Source: Runella aurantiaca
Lineage (GTDB): Bacteria > Bacteroidota > Bacteroidia > Cytophagales > Spirosomataceae
Length of the DNA: 64,000 nucleotides
Direction of reading: 5' to 3'
NCBI RefSeq assembly: GCF_003339505.1
Contig: NZ_QPIW01000003.1
Location: 184,471-248,470 of the forward strand
Shown: one piece after another, positions 49,660-59,886 of the stretch
Position numbering within the stretch: position 1 is the first letter of the stretch
Layout of the letters: each line of letters begins with the position of its first letter
Translations under genes and position numbers: made by a program
The notes under the pieces: model-generated
Told to the model about the DNA's origin: nothing
Databases searched by the model: none
Seen by the model: only the letters and a program-made list of their open reading frames with translations

Positions 49660-50760
49660 TTATTCTCCAAAATGTTTTCGAACTTTTGCAAGGGCCGACC
49701 CAATCACTTGGTGCATGTCATAATAACGGTATTCTGCCAAGCGCCCACCAAAAATCACATTCGGTTCATTGTCAACTAGTTTACGGTATTCACGTAATAG
49801 CTTATCGTTCTTATCGTCATTTACAGGATAATAAGGTTCCTGACCGGGCGTCCACTCTTGCGGATATTCGTGTGTAATGACCGTTTTGTCTTGCGTCCCA
49901 AACTCAAAATGCTTGTGTTCAATGATTCGCGTATAGGCCGTTTCGCCGTCGGTATAGTTAACTACGGCATTACCTTGATGGTTGGGGGTATCCAACGTTT
50001 GGTGCTCAAAACGCAGGCTGCGGTATTCCAGATAGCCGAGTTTAAAGTCAAAATACTCGTCCAATTGACCCGTGTACACAATTTGCTTGGCCGATGCATC
50101 CAATTCCGCCCGGTTTTTAAAGTAATCTACGCCTAAACGTACATCAATTCCTTCCAACAAGGCTTCGTTGAGTTTATTATAGCCACCAATCGGAATCCCC
50201 TGATAACGGTCGTTAAAATAGTTATTATCAAATGTAAACCGGACTGGCAGACGCTTGATAATAAAAGCTGGCAAATCTACACACTTACGTCCCCATTGTT
50301 TTTCGGTGTAGCTTTTAATGAGTTTTTCGTAAATATCGGTTCCTACCAATGAGATGGCCTGTTCTTCCAGATTTTTAGGCTCTTTGATATTGGCGGCTTC
50401 AATTTGTTCCTGAATTTTTGCTTTAGCTTCTTCAGGAGTACGTACCTTCCACATTTGGTAGAAAGTATTCATATTGAAGGGCAAATTGTAGAGTTCACCG
50501 TAATAATTTGCCACGGGCGAATTGGTATAACGGTTAAATTCTACAAATGAGTTGACATAATCCCAAATGTCTTTGTCATTGGTGTGAAAAATGTGTGCAC
50601 CGTAGTAGTGAACATTAATTCCTTCTACATTTTCGCAGTAAGTATTTCCGCCAATGTGGTTCCGACGGTCTACCACTAAGCATTTTTTGCCTCTTTTGGT
50701 GGCTTCGTGTGCCCATACATTTCCAAATAGCCCTGCACCCACAATAAGATAATCGTACAT
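49660..50760 (-). CDS. glf: UDP-galactopyranose mutase
   Basis: MYDYLIVGAGLFGNVWAHEATKRGKKCLVVDRRNHIGGNTY… gives the FAD-binding UGM N-terminus (ATG at 50758-50760). 366 aa. Confidence 0.9.
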   Translation of the reverse strand: MYDYLIVGAGLFGNVWAHEATKRGKKCLVVDRRNHIGGNTYCENVEGINVHYYGAHIFHTNDKDIWDYVNSFVEFNRYTNSPVANYYGELYNLPFNMNTFYQMWKVRTPEEAKAKIQEQIEAANIKEPKNLEEQAISLVGTDIYEKLIKSYTEKQWGRKCVDLPAFIIKRLPVRFTFDNNYFNDRYQGIPIGGYNKLNEALLEGIDVRLGVDYFKNRAELDASAKQIVYTGQLDEYFDFKLGYLEYRSLRFEHQTLDTPNHQGNAVVNYTDGETAYTRIIEHKHFEFGTQDKTVITHEYPQEWTPGQEPYYPVNDDKNDKLLREYRKLVDNEPNVIFGGRLAEYRYYDMHQVIGSALAKVRKHFGE

Positions 50761-50852
50761 TTTTTTTTGTTTATGGCCCAATAGTATAGCCTTTCGGTTT
50801 TGGCTATCTAAAAATTTATTTCAGTTGGAGAATAATCGTTTACAACTATTAG

Positions 50853-52142
50853 TTACAATCTCCAATACGTTATATTTTCCTCTGTGTTTTTATACATTCC
50901 TTTCAAGTCCATCAAAATTGGCTCAGTATTCATAATAGACTTGAAATAGTTAATATCCAGTGTTTTATATCCGTCATGGCCTACCGAAACAATAACCGCA
51001 TCATAGTCTTTGGAAGGCTTATCAATGAGCGTCAATCCATATTCATGGGCGACTTCATTGGGGGAAGCATACGGGTCAACAAGGTGAACATTGATGGAGA
51101 AGCTCATCAGTTCTTTGACCAAATCCGCCACTTTTGAGTTGCGAATATCCGAGACATTTTCCTTAAAAGTAATACCCATCATCAGCACTTTGGCATTCTG
51201 AGGGCTTTTTCCTTTTTGAATCAACATCTGTACCAATCGTTTAGCGATAAACCCAGGCATACCGTCATTGATACGTCGTCCGCTGTGGATTACTTGCGGG
51301 TCGTAGCCTAATTTTTTGGCCTTATAGAGCAAATAATACGGGTCAACACCGATGCAATGTCCGCCTACCAAGCCAGGGTATAGTTTAATAAAATTCCATT
51401 TGGTCCCCGCTGCTTCAATCACATCTTTGGTATCAATTCCCATCATGTCAAAAATAATGGCCAACTCATTCATCAATGAGATATTGAGGTCGCGTTGGGT
51501 GTTTTCGATTACTTTAGCGGCTTCGGCCACTTTGATGGTTGGGGCTTTGTATATGCCTGCGGTGATGATTTTGCCATAGACTTGGGCAATTTCTTCTAAC
51601 GCTTCGGCGTCACTCCCTGAAACAATTTTTAGGATTTTATCAATGGTGCGTTCTTTGTCTCCAGGATTGATTCGTTCTGGAGAGTATCCAATTTTGAAAT
51701 CTTGACCTAATGTCAGCCCAGATTCGGCCTCCAAAATCGGCAAACAATCTTCTTCGGTACAGCCAGGATAGACCGTTGATTCATAAATCACGTAATCTCC
51801 CTTTTTTAGGGCTTCCCCAATCGCGTGCGACGCCCCGATGAGAGGTTTCAAATCGGGTACTTTGTAATCATCAACGGGGGTAGGAACGGCTACAATAAAA
51901 AAATGAGCCTGTTGCAAATCGTCGGGATTGGCCGTAAAGAAGATGTCTTTACCTTCAAAAACGGTTGAATCCAATTCGTTGGAAGGGTCTTGGCCAGCCC
52001 TCATCATATCGATACGATGTTGATTAATATCAAATCCAATGACTCGAAAATATTTGGCAAATTCTAAAGCAATGGGAAGTCCTACATATCCAAGGCCAAT
52101 AATTGCTATTTGTTTCTCTTTCTGGAGGAGTTGCTGGTACAT
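50853..52142 (-). CDS. nucleotide-sugar dehydrogenase (UDP-glucose/GDP-mannose dehydrogenase family)
   Basis: N-terminal Rossmann 'IAIIGLGYVGLPIALEFA' and catalytic-region 'GGHCIGVDPYY'. 429 aa. Confidence 0.85.
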   Translation of the reverse strand: MYQQLLQKEKQIAIIGLGYVGLPIALEFAKYFRVIGFDINQHRIDMMRAGQDPSNELDSTVFEGKDIFFTANPDDLQQAHFFIVAVPTPVDDYKVPDLKPLIGASHAIGEALKKGDYVIYESTVYPGCTEEDCLPILEAESGLTLGQDFKIGYSPERINPGDKERTIDKILKIVSGSDAEALEEIAQVYGKIITAGIYKAPTIKVAEAAKVIENTQRDLNISLMNELAIIFDMMGIDTKDVIEAAGTKWNFIKLYPGLVGGHCIGVDPYYLLYKAKKLGYDPQVIHSGRRINDGMPGFIAKRLVQMLIQKGKSPQNAKVLMMGITFKENVSDIRNSKVADLVKELMSFSINVHLVDPYASPNEVAHEYGLTLIDKPSKDYDAVIVSVGHDGYKTLDINYFKSIMNTEPILMDLKGMYKNTEENITYWRL

Positions 52143-52248
52143 TTTATTTATTAATCTGACCGTAAAGATACAATACGTGTGTGGTTAGTACCAAATGAAA
52201 AGACCTTGACGTTTGCCAAGGTCTTTTCATTTGGGAGGCCTTTAGATA

Positions 52249-53760
52249 TTAAGGCATCAATTTCAATTCTACGCGACGGTTTTTCTTCAATCCGTCTACC
52301 GTTCCGTTATCAGCAATTGGCTTAAATGAACCGTAGGCATCTACCACAATGCGGTTTGGATCTTTCAAACCTGCTTGCGCGAGGTATTGTTTTACGGCAT
52401 TTACGCGGCGTTCAGAAAGAGCTACGTTGTAGCGGTCTGAAGCACGGCGGTCAGCGTGACCAGCCATTTGCAGGCGGCATTGTGTTTTATTCATCAACTC
52501 AACCACTTTGTTAAGCAAGTCATAAAACTCTGGTTTGATGATGGCTTTATCGGTATCGAACAATATGTTGGCAAATATTTCATTGCAAGCCATGCCAGGA
52601 AGGGCATCTCTTACATATTTATCAAAGTCGATTTTCTGACCAGCACCCGTTACGATACTTCCTGCGGGAGTGTTAGGCTCTTTATCGAAGTAGTCAGAAA
52701 CGCCGTCGTTATCTGTATCTTGCAACAAACGAGGGTCAATTTCTTTAGGTTTATTGGCTTTCGCAATTGAATCAATTTCAGCCAATGAAAGAATTCTCGG
52801 GGGTTTTACGAGCAACTTAGGATCGGTATAACGCAAGTGGTAAAAACCTTTGCCAGCATCAAGTGCGTTGAAGTCATACGCCCATTTGCCGTTTTTCTTC
52901 TCTACACGTAATGGGTTTTTACCCAATTTGTAGGTCAACGTTACAGCAAGGTAGCCGTATTTATCAAGCGCCGAGCTACCTTTAGGCGTTCCTAAGAAAC
53001 TGTTTGCATCACTAGCTTCATACAAACGACCACCAGATGGACCATCATAAATAGAAGAAGGGTCTCCGCCTACTGTTGCGTCCAATTTCTCAGTATTTAC
53101 GTTGTTCAACCGAAAATCAAGACCTAAATCAAGTGACTTTGTTAGTTCATAAGAAGCGGTAAAACCAACAGGGATAACCCATTCCTGAGTATAAGAAGAC
53201 GCCTTCTTGTTGAGTTCAGCCGTATTGTTACGCAAGGTAGGTGAGTCATCAGAGCGGCGCTGTAAACGGCCAGAGCCTAACTGGTAAGCGGTAGATTTGA
53301 ACCAAACTTGACCAGCACCAGCGTACACATCCATTTTCCAGCGTTTTAATTTTGTGGGTCCAAAAAGAAGACCTTTAATGTTTACAGTGGCTGAGACATC
53401 GGCTTGAAAATAATTGGCATTAAAATAAGATTGGTAGATACGGCGTTTCATCCCTTTCAAATTTCCTGCACCAACGTCCAATCTTGCCCCAAAGAGGTAG
53501 GTGAGTTGTTTTCCAAGAGATACACCAAAATGCATGGTTCCACGTTCTGAACGGCTGTCAAAATTGTCAGTACCTACAGGGAAGAAGTCATATTCACGTA
53601 AATCGCCGTAAAATTGACTTGGACCAAGATAAGCACTTAAAGACCAAGTGTTCAGCTTGTAGGGGCCTTCGTAAGGAGCCTTTGGATTGTACTGCGCTTG
53701 AGTTTCAAGCAAACAGAATCCCAACAATACGAATGTGACAAGCAGAGATACTTTTTTCAT
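52249..53760 (-). CDS. OmpA-family outer-membrane protein (β-barrel + C-terminal OmpA peptidoglycan-binding domain)
   Basis: Signal peptide from the MKKVSLLVTF start (ATG at 53758-53760). C-terminal 'GHADRRASDRYNVALSERRVNAVKQYL…NRRVELK' is an OmpA_C domain. Calcium-binding 'DTDNDGVSD' is present. Confidence 0.85.
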   Translation of the reverse strand: MKKVSLLVTFVLLGFCLLETQAQYNPKAPYEGPYKLNTWSLSAYLGPSQFYGDLREYDFFPVGTDNFDSRSERGTMHFGVSLGKQLTYLFGARLDVGAGNLKGMKRRIYQSYFNANYFQADVSATVNIKGLLFGPTKLKRWKMDVYAGAGQVWFKSTAYQLGSGRLQRRSDDSPTLRNNTAELNKKASSYTQEWVIPVGFTASYELTKSLDLGLDFRLNNVNTEKLDATVGGDPSSIYDGPSGGRLYEASDANSFLGTPKGSSALDKYGYLAVTLTYKLGKNPLRVEKKNGKWAYDFNALDAGKGFYHLRYTDPKLLVKPPRILSLAEIDSIAKANKPKEIDPRLLQDTDNDGVSDYFDKEPNTPAGSIVTGAGQKIDFDKYVRDALPGMACNEIFANILFDTDKAIIKPEFYDLLNKVVELMNKTQCRLQMAGHADRRASDRYNVALSERRVNAVKQYLAQAGLKDPNRIVVDAYGSFKPIADNGTVDGLKKNRRVELKLMP

Positions 53761-53925
53761 AATAAACCTTTTTGTTGAATAAGGGGGATACGTTTCACTA
53801 TACCTATAAATTCTACTATCGCAAAAATAGTCTTTCCTGACCAGATTCGCCAACAAAAGTATGGATTCAATTTTTATTTCAAAAAATATTTTGATACTCT
53901 AAAGAAAATTCTTTTTTACCAGCTT

Positions 53926-55059
53926 TCAAAGTCTGTACATTAATTTTCTCAAAATTTCAGCCTTCCAAAGAAGGAACGTTCCCGCAATAATTTGCTCCCG
54001 AGCCTGTCCTACAAGCCATAAATAAAAGCTTAAATTATGAACACTTGCGATCTGTGCCCCGAGGATTTCTTCTGATTTGATGAGGTGCCTTAAGTATCCT
54101 TTTGTGTAAGAAGTGCTTACGTAGCCCCCTAAACGCTCATCAATAGGACTGAAATCATCTTTCCACTTCTCATTTTTAATATTTATTACGCCTTCTGTTG
54201 TGTATAAAATACCATGCCGGGCATTCCTAGTAGGCATCACGCAATCAAACATGTCGATACCTAATGCAATGCTCTCCAAAATATTTTCTGGGGTGCCTAC
54301 GCCCATCAGATAACGAGGCTTATCGGCGGGCAAAATACCACAAACTAGCTCGGTCATTTCGTACATATCTTCGGCTGGTTCTCCCACAGATAATCCTCCA
54401 ATAGCATTACCTTCTCGCTCCATGCTGGCAATAAACTCGGCTGATTGTTTTCTCAAATCTTTATAAACGCTTCCTTGAACAATCGGGAATAGTGTTTGTT
54501 GGTAGCCATAAATAGACTGTGTGTTGTCAAAACGGTCGCAACAGCGCTTCAGCCAGCGATGTGTCATATCCATAGACGTCCTCGCGTAGGAAAAGTCACA
54601 TGGGTAAGGCGTACATTCGTCAAAAGCCATGATAATGTCTGCACCGATTCGGCGCTGAATATCCATGACGCCCTCTGGAGTAAAAAAGTGGGTAGACCCG
54701 TCGATATGCGATTTGAATTTTACACCCTCTTCGCTGATTTTACGCCCTGTTTTTGCCAACGAATAGACCTGATACCCGCCGCTATCGGTTAAAATAGGTC
54801 TGTCCCATCCGTTAAAACGATGTAATCCGCCTGCCTTTTCTAAAATATCCAACCCTGGGCGTAAATAAAGATGGTAGGTATTCCCTAAAATAATCTGTGC
54901 CTTTATATCATCCCTTAATTCACGCTGATGTACTGCCTTGACAGTACCAGCGGTACCAACGGGCATAAAAATGGGGGTTTGAATGGTACCATGGTCGGTC
55001 TGAATCACTCCAGCCCGGGCCTTGGTGCCAGAATCTTTATGAATAATATCGAATTTCAT
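53926..55059 (-). CDS. tgt: queuine tRNA-ribosyltransferase (tRNA-guanine transglycosylase)
   Basis: MKFDI…KARAGVIQTDHGTIQTPIFMPVGT, a zinc site CxCxxC…H-like region, and a 377-aa length typical of bacterial Tgt. Confidence 0.9.
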   Translation of the reverse strand: MKFDIIHKDSGTKARAGVIQTDHGTIQTPIFMPVGTAGTVKAVHQRELRDDIKAQIILGNTYHLYLRPGLDILEKAGGLHRFNGWDRPILTDSGGYQVYSLAKTGRKISEEGVKFKSHIDGSTHFFTPEGVMDIQRRIGADIIMAFDECTPYPCDFSYARTSMDMTHRWLKRCCDRFDNTQSIYGYQQTLFPIVQGSVYKDLRKQSAEFIASMEREGNAIGGLSVGEPAEDMYEMTELVCGILPADKPRYLMGVGTPENILESIALGIDMFDCVMPTRNARHGILYTTEGVINIKNEKWKDDFSPIDERLGGYVSTSYTKGYLRHLIKSEEILGAQIASVHNLSFYLWLVGQAREQIIAGTFLLWKAEILRKLMYRL

Positions 55060-55151
55060 GAAAGTGAATTAACTTTTGAGGCACAAAATTAGAATACTAT
55101 ATCATTTAATCTATCATAAGGTCTTTAGCATCTGCCCAACCCCTGTTATAT

Positions 55152-56345
55152 TTGCGGACTTTTTACTACCGCATGGATATATTCTACTCGACCAATTGGT
55201 TCCTTTATCCTTTCTTAAACATTTTACTAGGCCTGTTTGTCGTAATTGTCTTAGTTCAATTGTATTACATCCTGTTCGTATTTGCGAAACTTCTTTTCCA
55301 ACAGCCTCCCGTTGAAAAAAAACACTGGCCTGCTGTAACGGTGGTAGTTTGTGCGCACAATGAATTAGAAAATTTACGCGAGTTGTTGCCCATGCTTAAC
55401 GAGCAAGACTATCCTAACTATGAAGTGGTTGTGATGAATGACCGCTCGTGGGATGGAACTGAAGAATTTGCGGAAGAAGAAGCAAACGTCTGGAACAAGG
55501 TTCGTTTTGTACATATCAGGCAAGAATACGACCACGTTACGCCCAAAAAGTACGCCGTTACAACCGCAGTGCGAGGCGCGAAGCATGAGGTAATATTATT
55601 GACCGATGCAGATTGTCGGCCAACAACCGATCAGTGGATTAAAGGGATGGCGGCCTGTCTTACGGAGGAAAAGCAGATTGTTATTGGATTTTCTCCCTAC
55701 CAAAAACTTGACGGTTTTCTCAATCGCTTGATTCGTTTTGAGACATTTTATGTAGCTATTCAATACTTATCTTTAGCCTTAGCAGGAAAGCCCTACATGG
55801 CAGTAGGTAGGAATTTAATGTATAGCAAGTCGCTTTTTACCCAAAACAAAGGCTTTTATACGCATTTACGGGTTACGGGTGGTGATGATGATTTGTTGAT
55901 GAATGAAATTGCCACTGGGCACAATACGGCTGTTTGCCTAAACGCCGATGCATTTATGGTTTCACTTCCAAAAACAACGTGGAAAGATTGGTATCGCCAA
56001 AAGAAACGACATTTATCGGTTAGCAAATACTATAAAACGGGAAATAAAGTTCGTTTAGCGGTATTGTCAGGTGCGCATGTACTGTCGTGGATGTTATTTT
56101 TAGGGTTGATTTTAGGCTGCTTATGGAATTATCAGGCTTTCTTAGCCTACATCATCATCATAGGCGTGCTTTTTAGTATACGTCTTGTGACACAATGGAT
56201 TGTACTGGGCCTTGCTTCTCGTAAACTTCACAAATCAGTAGGTTGGTTTGCCATTCCATTGATGGACTTGACGCTCTTTGTCTATTATTTTACAATGTCG
56301 TTTGTGATGTGGTACAATCGACGCAAAAAAGTAAGATGGAGGTAA
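55152..56345 (+). CDS. membrane-bound family-2 glycosyltransferase
   Basis: 'VVVCAHNELENL', 'VVVMNDRSWDGT' and 'LLTDADC' give the GT2 DxD core, flanked by TM helices. Confidence 0.8.
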   Translation: MRTFYYRMDIFYSTNWFLYPFLNILLGLFVVIVLVQLYYILFVFAKLLFQQPPVEKKHWPAVTVVVCAHNELENLRELLPMLNEQDYPNYEVVVMNDRSWDGTEEFAEEEANVWNKVRFVHIRQEYDHVTPKKYAVTTAVRGAKHEVILLTDADCRPTTDQWIKGMAACLTEEKQIVIGFSPYQKLDGFLNRLIRFETFYVAIQYLSLALAGKPYMAVGRNLMYSKSLFTQNKGFYTHLRVTGGDDDLLMNEIATGHNTAVCLNADAFMVSLPKTTWKDWYRQKKRHLSVSKYYKTGNKVRLAVLSGAHVLSWMLFLGLILGCLWNYQAFLAYIIIIGVLFSIRLVTQWIVLGLASRKLHKSVGWFAIPLMDLTLFVYYFTMSFVMWYNRRKKVRWR

Positions 56346-56367
56346 TACCCAAATGAATCAGTAAAAC

Positions 56368-57000
56368 ATGAATGATATGCAAATAGTAGAAAAATATTTT
56401 CCAAAGTTATCGCCTCAGCAAAAGGCACAGTTTGGGCAATTGCAAGAGCTTTATGCTTTCTGGAACGCACAGATTAATGTTATTTCTCGACAAGACGTGG
56501 AGAATCTTTACGAGCGCCACGTATTACACTCGATGAGCATTGCCAAAGTGGTAAAATTCAGAGAGTTTGCCAATATTTTAGATGTAGGTACGGGTGGTGG
56601 ATTCCCTGGGATTCCGTTGGCAATTCTATTTCCTGAGTCGGAGTTCCATTTGGTGGATAGTATCGGGAAGAAAATCAAAGTTGTGCAAGAAATCGCCAAT
56701 GCCCTTGACTTGAAAAATGTTCGAGCAGAACATTGCCGGGCCGAACAAGCCGATGGAGACTACGACTTTGTGGTTACGCGGGCGGTGACGCGCATTGCAC
56801 CGTTGTATAGTTGGGTGCGTAGTAAAATTAGCCGGAACCATGTTCACCCCATCACAAACGGTATTTTAGCACTGAAGGGAGGCGATTTGGATGAAGAGTT
56901 GGCCGAACTAAAGCGCAAAAGCCGTATCTTTGAACTTCAAGATTTCTTTGAGGAGGAATTTTTTGAGACAAAAAAAATAGTTTATGTACCCATAGGATAG
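56368..57000 (+). CDS. rsmG: 16S rRNA (guanine527-N7)-methyltransferase RsmG
   Basis: 'ILDVGTGGGFPGIPLAI' SAM motif and a GidB-like N-terminus (…LYAFWNAQINVISRQ…). Confidence 0.85.
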   Translation: MNDMQIVEKYFPKLSPQQKAQFGQLQELYAFWNAQINVISRQDVENLYERHVLHSMSIAKVVKFREFANILDVGTGGGFPGIPLAILFPESEFHLVDSIGKKIKVVQEIANALDLKNVRAEHCRAEQADGDYDFVVTRAVTRIAPLYSWVRSKISRNHVHPITNGILALKGGDLDEELAELKRKSRIFELQDFFEEEFFETKKIVYVPIG

Positions 57001-57032
57001 TATCCTACTATTATACGTTAAATTTTAAACTC

Positions 57033-57308
57033 ATGAATGAAGTATTCAAATCGAGCAGTATAAAAGACCCCGTTAGGCCGAATGAGGTTCAGTTGACCGA
57101 CAAAGGTGTAAGTTTTAAAATGAGAAAACTCATCGGCGGTACCGAGCAATTTGTATTTTATAGCGATATCTCTGGTGTTGAAATTGACAGTGGTATGTTT
57201 TTCGCGACCATCAGGGTTATTCCCCGCGCAAGGCCCGAAATTGTGATTGAAAATTTTACAAAAAGCGACGCACAACGCATAAAGGCACTTATTTTGGAGC
57301 GAGTTTAA
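57033..57308 (+). CDS. small hypothetical protein (91 aa)
   Basis: ORF on the same strand as rsmG. The overlapping minus-strand ORF is judged antisense. Confidence 0.4.
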   Translation: MNEVFKSSSIKDPVRPNEVQLTDKGVSFKMRKLIGGTEQFVFYSDISGVEIDSGMFFATIRVIPRARPEIVIENFTKSDAQRIKALILERV

Positions 57309-57425
57309 GAAGTTTTTGCCTCCTCTTACCGATGCATGATTTATTTATCTGTCATTTTTGGTAGGTTTAACCTATAGAATGTCAGGCAATAAGCGAAAAG
57401 GGAGTAAAGTTTTTTCAAAAATTTC

Positions 57426-57456
57426 TTGCATTGAAATACTGAACTACTTACTTTTG
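57426..57456 (+). promoter_or_regulatory. putative Bacteroidota σA-type promoter for the tRNA (TTG … 19-21 bp … TActTTTG)
   Basis: -33-like TTG at 57426-57428 and -7-like TAnnTTTG at 57449-57456, about 37 bp upstream of the tRNA 5' end. Confidence 0.35.
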
Positions 57457-57492
57457 CACCACCAAAATCGGAAACGACGTAGGCATTCAAAT

Positions 57493-57566
57493 TCCCGAGT
57501 AGCTCAGTCGGTTAGAGCATCTGACTGTTAATCAGAGGGTCGCTGGTTCGAGCCCAGCCTCGGGAG
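57493..57566 (+). tRNA. tRNA-Asn (anticodon GTT)
   Basis: Cloverleaf: acceptor TCCCGAG/CTCGGGA, D-arm GCTC-AGTCGGTTA-GAGC, anticodon arm TCTGA-CTGTTAA-TCAGA, T-arm GCTGG-TTCGAGC-CCAGC, discriminator G. CCA is not encoded. Confidence 0.9.
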
Positions 57567-57577
57567 CCCTAAAAATC

Positions 57578-57616
57578 AAGCACTTACGAGATAATTCTTG
57601 TAAGTGCTTTTTTTAT
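57578..57616 (+). terminator. rho-independent terminator after the tRNA (aagcacttac / gtaagtgctt + T7)
   Basis: 10-bp perfect stem, 12-nt loop, then tttttttat. Confidence 0.75.
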
Positions 57617-57638
57617 TTGATACACAATTTGATACACA
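57615..57638. repeat. tandem direct repeat 2 x 'atttgatacaca'
   Basis: Exact 12-bp unit repeated head-to-tail just 3' of the tRNA-Asn terminator, at the edge of the island-like region. Confidence 0.6.
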
Positions 57639-57661
57639 ACTCACTGCTCACCCATTCTTCT

Positions 57662-57922
57662 TTACCCTTTTAAATAAATGCTAAAGAGGGAATGTGTGTA
57701 CGTTTTCCCTGAAATAACATAGAATATCCGACTGGGAGGTTCAAGTTTAACCATTTCTACCTTGTATTGGTAGCCTTCAAAAATTTCTTCCCAATTGAGT
57801 CTGCCAATTACAATGAAGGGACAATACAACCTACGTAATTCTCCTTTCTGATTCACTACCATAATTGAGAATGGGTCCAAATAATTAAATTGTTCATATC
57901 GGTCAATTGTAGGTGTTTCCAT
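57662..57922 (-). CDS. small hypothetical protein (86 aa)
   Basis: ORF between the tRNA and the DUF3871-like gene. No recognised motif. Confidence 0.4.
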   Translation of the reverse strand: METPTIDRYEQFNYLDPFSIMVVNQKGELRRLYCPFIVIGRLNWEEIFEGYQYKVEMVKLEPPSRIFYVISGKTYTHSLFSIYLKG

Positions 57923-57970
57923 AAAATTGTTGGATTAAGGGACCGTATTTAACCGGTCCCCTTTGGTGAA

Positions 57971-58957
57971 TCAAGATAAAAACCAATGATACTGCTGATG
58001 CTGTACGGCATTGCCAATACTGTTTATCAACTCAAAAGCATTCACTGACCGCCCCAAAAAGGAGTCAATGTAACTTTGTTTATTGGCTCCAGTGAAGAGA
58101 TTGTACACTTTCCATAGGTTGATGTCTCCATTTTGTTCCCTACAAAAGGAGGTATCGTGGTAGTAATCTTTGGCAATAGTGTTAATCTGAGAATCTACAA
58201 AATTCAGTTTGGTCACCTCCTTTTTATCGTTAGGGGGTAAAAATTGGTATAATCGTGCTCTCCCAATCAATGTAGCAAATTGATGTTCGGTCAAATAAGA
58301 TTCCGTTAGGGATTGCATTGCTTTGAGATGATTGTTCATTTTGTAGCCCAATACCAGTTCATAAATCCCCTTCATTAGCTGAGATAGGTGCTTTGCTTTC
58401 AGGTTAAGAACTAATCCATCGGACCAAACACACAGGTTACAGCATACTTTGTTCTGAAAACCAATGAAAATTTTGAAATGCTCATCTGCTCCTTTTCTAT
58501 TGTAAAGGTTATCAAGATTGTAAGACTTCACACCACCAATGGTCAGACATAACTCATTTCCATTGATTCTATCCCTAATGCTGGCTACTTCAATCACAAA
58601 CATCATTCGCTCAAAATAAAGTGTTTCTTCATGTGGTAATAGGTCTTTGGCTCGCTTGTCCTTGGCTTCGGGAATCCTGCCTTTGATCGGGTGAGATACT
58701 CTGATGGCAGGGGACAGGACAGTTTCATTTGGAAAAACCTGATGGACAATTTCTAAGGCACAATTGATAAAATCCTGATGGGAAATTACGGGCTCATTGT
58801 CCTTGACAAAGACAGGAATCAGGTGTTGGTGCTCCAATTCAACCAAAGACATGGGAAGAGTATTGGCCTGTATAAAAGCCACTTCTGTTGAGGGTGTGAT
58901 AATTTCCTGCTGAATAACAGGAGCCAAAGAGTGGTTATTGACGAGTTGCAGTTCCAT
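57971..58957 (-). CDS. DUF3871-like protein of Bacteroidota mobile elements
   Basis: '…HQHLIPVFVKDNEPVISHQDFI…' resembles DUF3871-family proteins found on Bacteroidales conjugative/mobilizable elements. Overlaps the upstream ATPase gene by 23 bp. Confidence 0.45.
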   Translation of the reverse strand: MELQLVNNHSLAPVIQQEIITPSTEVAFIQANTLPMSLVELEHQHLIPVFVKDNEPVISHQDFINCALEIVHQVFPNETVLSPAIRVSHPIKGRIPEAKDKRAKDLLPHEETLYFERMMFVIEVASIRDRINGNELCLTIGGVKSYNLDNLYNRKGADEHFKIFIGFQNKVCCNLCVWSDGLVLNLKAKHLSQLMKGIYELVLGYKMNNHLKAMQSLTESYLTEHQFATLIGRARLYQFLPPNDKKEVTKLNFVDSQINTIAKDYYHDTSFCREQNGDINLWKVYNLFTGANKQSYIDSFLGRSVNAFELINSIGNAVQHQQYHWFLS

Positions 58958-59798
58958 TGGTAGATAGAGTTTGAGGTGAAATGGTAGAAATAGGGCTTTG
59001 TAGCTGGGCTTTACGCAGGTTAAAGTAGTTCAGATGTGATTGCTGATACTCAGGATGAGACATGTACAGCTCCCTCAGTTCATCCACTGTTTGACATTCA
59101 TTGACATACTCGTGAAAAGGTTTCTCAGGCTGTCCCAATTGACACCAATCCTGAATGAGTTTTCCAGTTTGGGTAGTGATGGTAAATTCAGGTTGTCCTG
59201 CAAATAAGCCTGTACGGTCTTTGGTAGCAATGGCGTGGTGTTTACTGTCCAGTTCAAAGACCAAAGTGAGTTCATAATCAGTACCTTCTCTTTGGATAGG
59301 CTTCATTCCTACCTTTTCAGGCACCTGCTTGCCATTCTTTTCGTTTAGGACATAATCTTGTTTTGCTCTGAGGGTACAGATGATATGGCAATCTGCTTGT
59401 AGAATAGCTTGAATCAGCTGTTGATGTCTAGGAGTGAATTTAGCCCAGTTGGTATAGCTGTTGCCTGTCAGCTGTGAATGGGCATCCAAGATATACTCCC
59501 ATTCCAAGCTCAAACTGTCAAGAATAACCACCCGTATTTGGGCCTCAGTGCATACTTTAATGGCCTGAATGTAGCGTTCAGGAGAGAAAGGTGGCTTTAG
59601 GGGTAGAATATAAAAACGGCCTAAATGAGCATAAAGCGAAGCACTTTGGTTTTCAGTATCAATAACAGCTATTTGCTTCCAGTCATTGACAAGCCCATAG
59701 GCTAAAAGTAAAGCTGAATAAGTTTTGCCGCTGCCTGAGCTTCCTTGTAGCCCTAATTTTATTTTGACATTTTTACGCTGTGCTGGTTGTAGTTGCAT
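58935..59798 (-). CDS. AAA_24/Sak4-like RecA-fold ATPase (start at MQLQPAQRK, 59796-59798)
   Basis: 'KIKLGLQGSSGSGKTYSALLLA' Walker A followed by 'IAVIDTEN' (the AAA_24 pattern). The longer track ORF upstream translates a poly-T terminator. Confidence 0.6.
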   Translation of the reverse strand: MQLQPAQRKNVKIKLGLQGSSGSGKTYSALLLAYGLVNDWKQIAVIDTENQSASLYAHLGRFYILPLKPPFSPERYIQAIKVCTEAQIRVVILDSLSLEWEYILDAHSQLTGNSYTNWAKFTPRHQQLIQAILQADCHIICTLRAKQDYVLNEKNGKQVPEKVGMKPIQREGTDYELTLVFELDSKHHAIATKDRTGLFAGQPEFTITTQTGKLIQDWCQLGQPEKPFHEYVNECQTVDELRELYMSHPEYQQSHLNYFNLRKAQLQSPISTISPQTLSTNGTATRQ

Positions 59799-59814
59799 TT
59801 TAGAGAATGTTTTT

Positions 59815-59862
59815 GGTGAAAAAAGAAAAAAAAAAGGGTAGAGCCTTTTGAAAGACCCTACC
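59815..59862 (-). terminator. rho-independent terminator (gggtag…ctaccc hairpin + T10-rich run on the minus strand)
   Basis: Hairpin 59835-59862 is followed on the minus strand by TTTTTTTTTTCTTTTTT, immediately downstream of the 59887 gene stop. Confidence 0.6.
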
Positions 59863-59886
59863 CCAAAGTAGATGAGTGGTGAACTG

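Noticed and set aside
57615-57638. Possible CRISPR-like array
   Set aside because: Only two head-to-tail copies of a 12-bp unit with no spacers, so this is a simple tandem repeat. No cas genes in the window.
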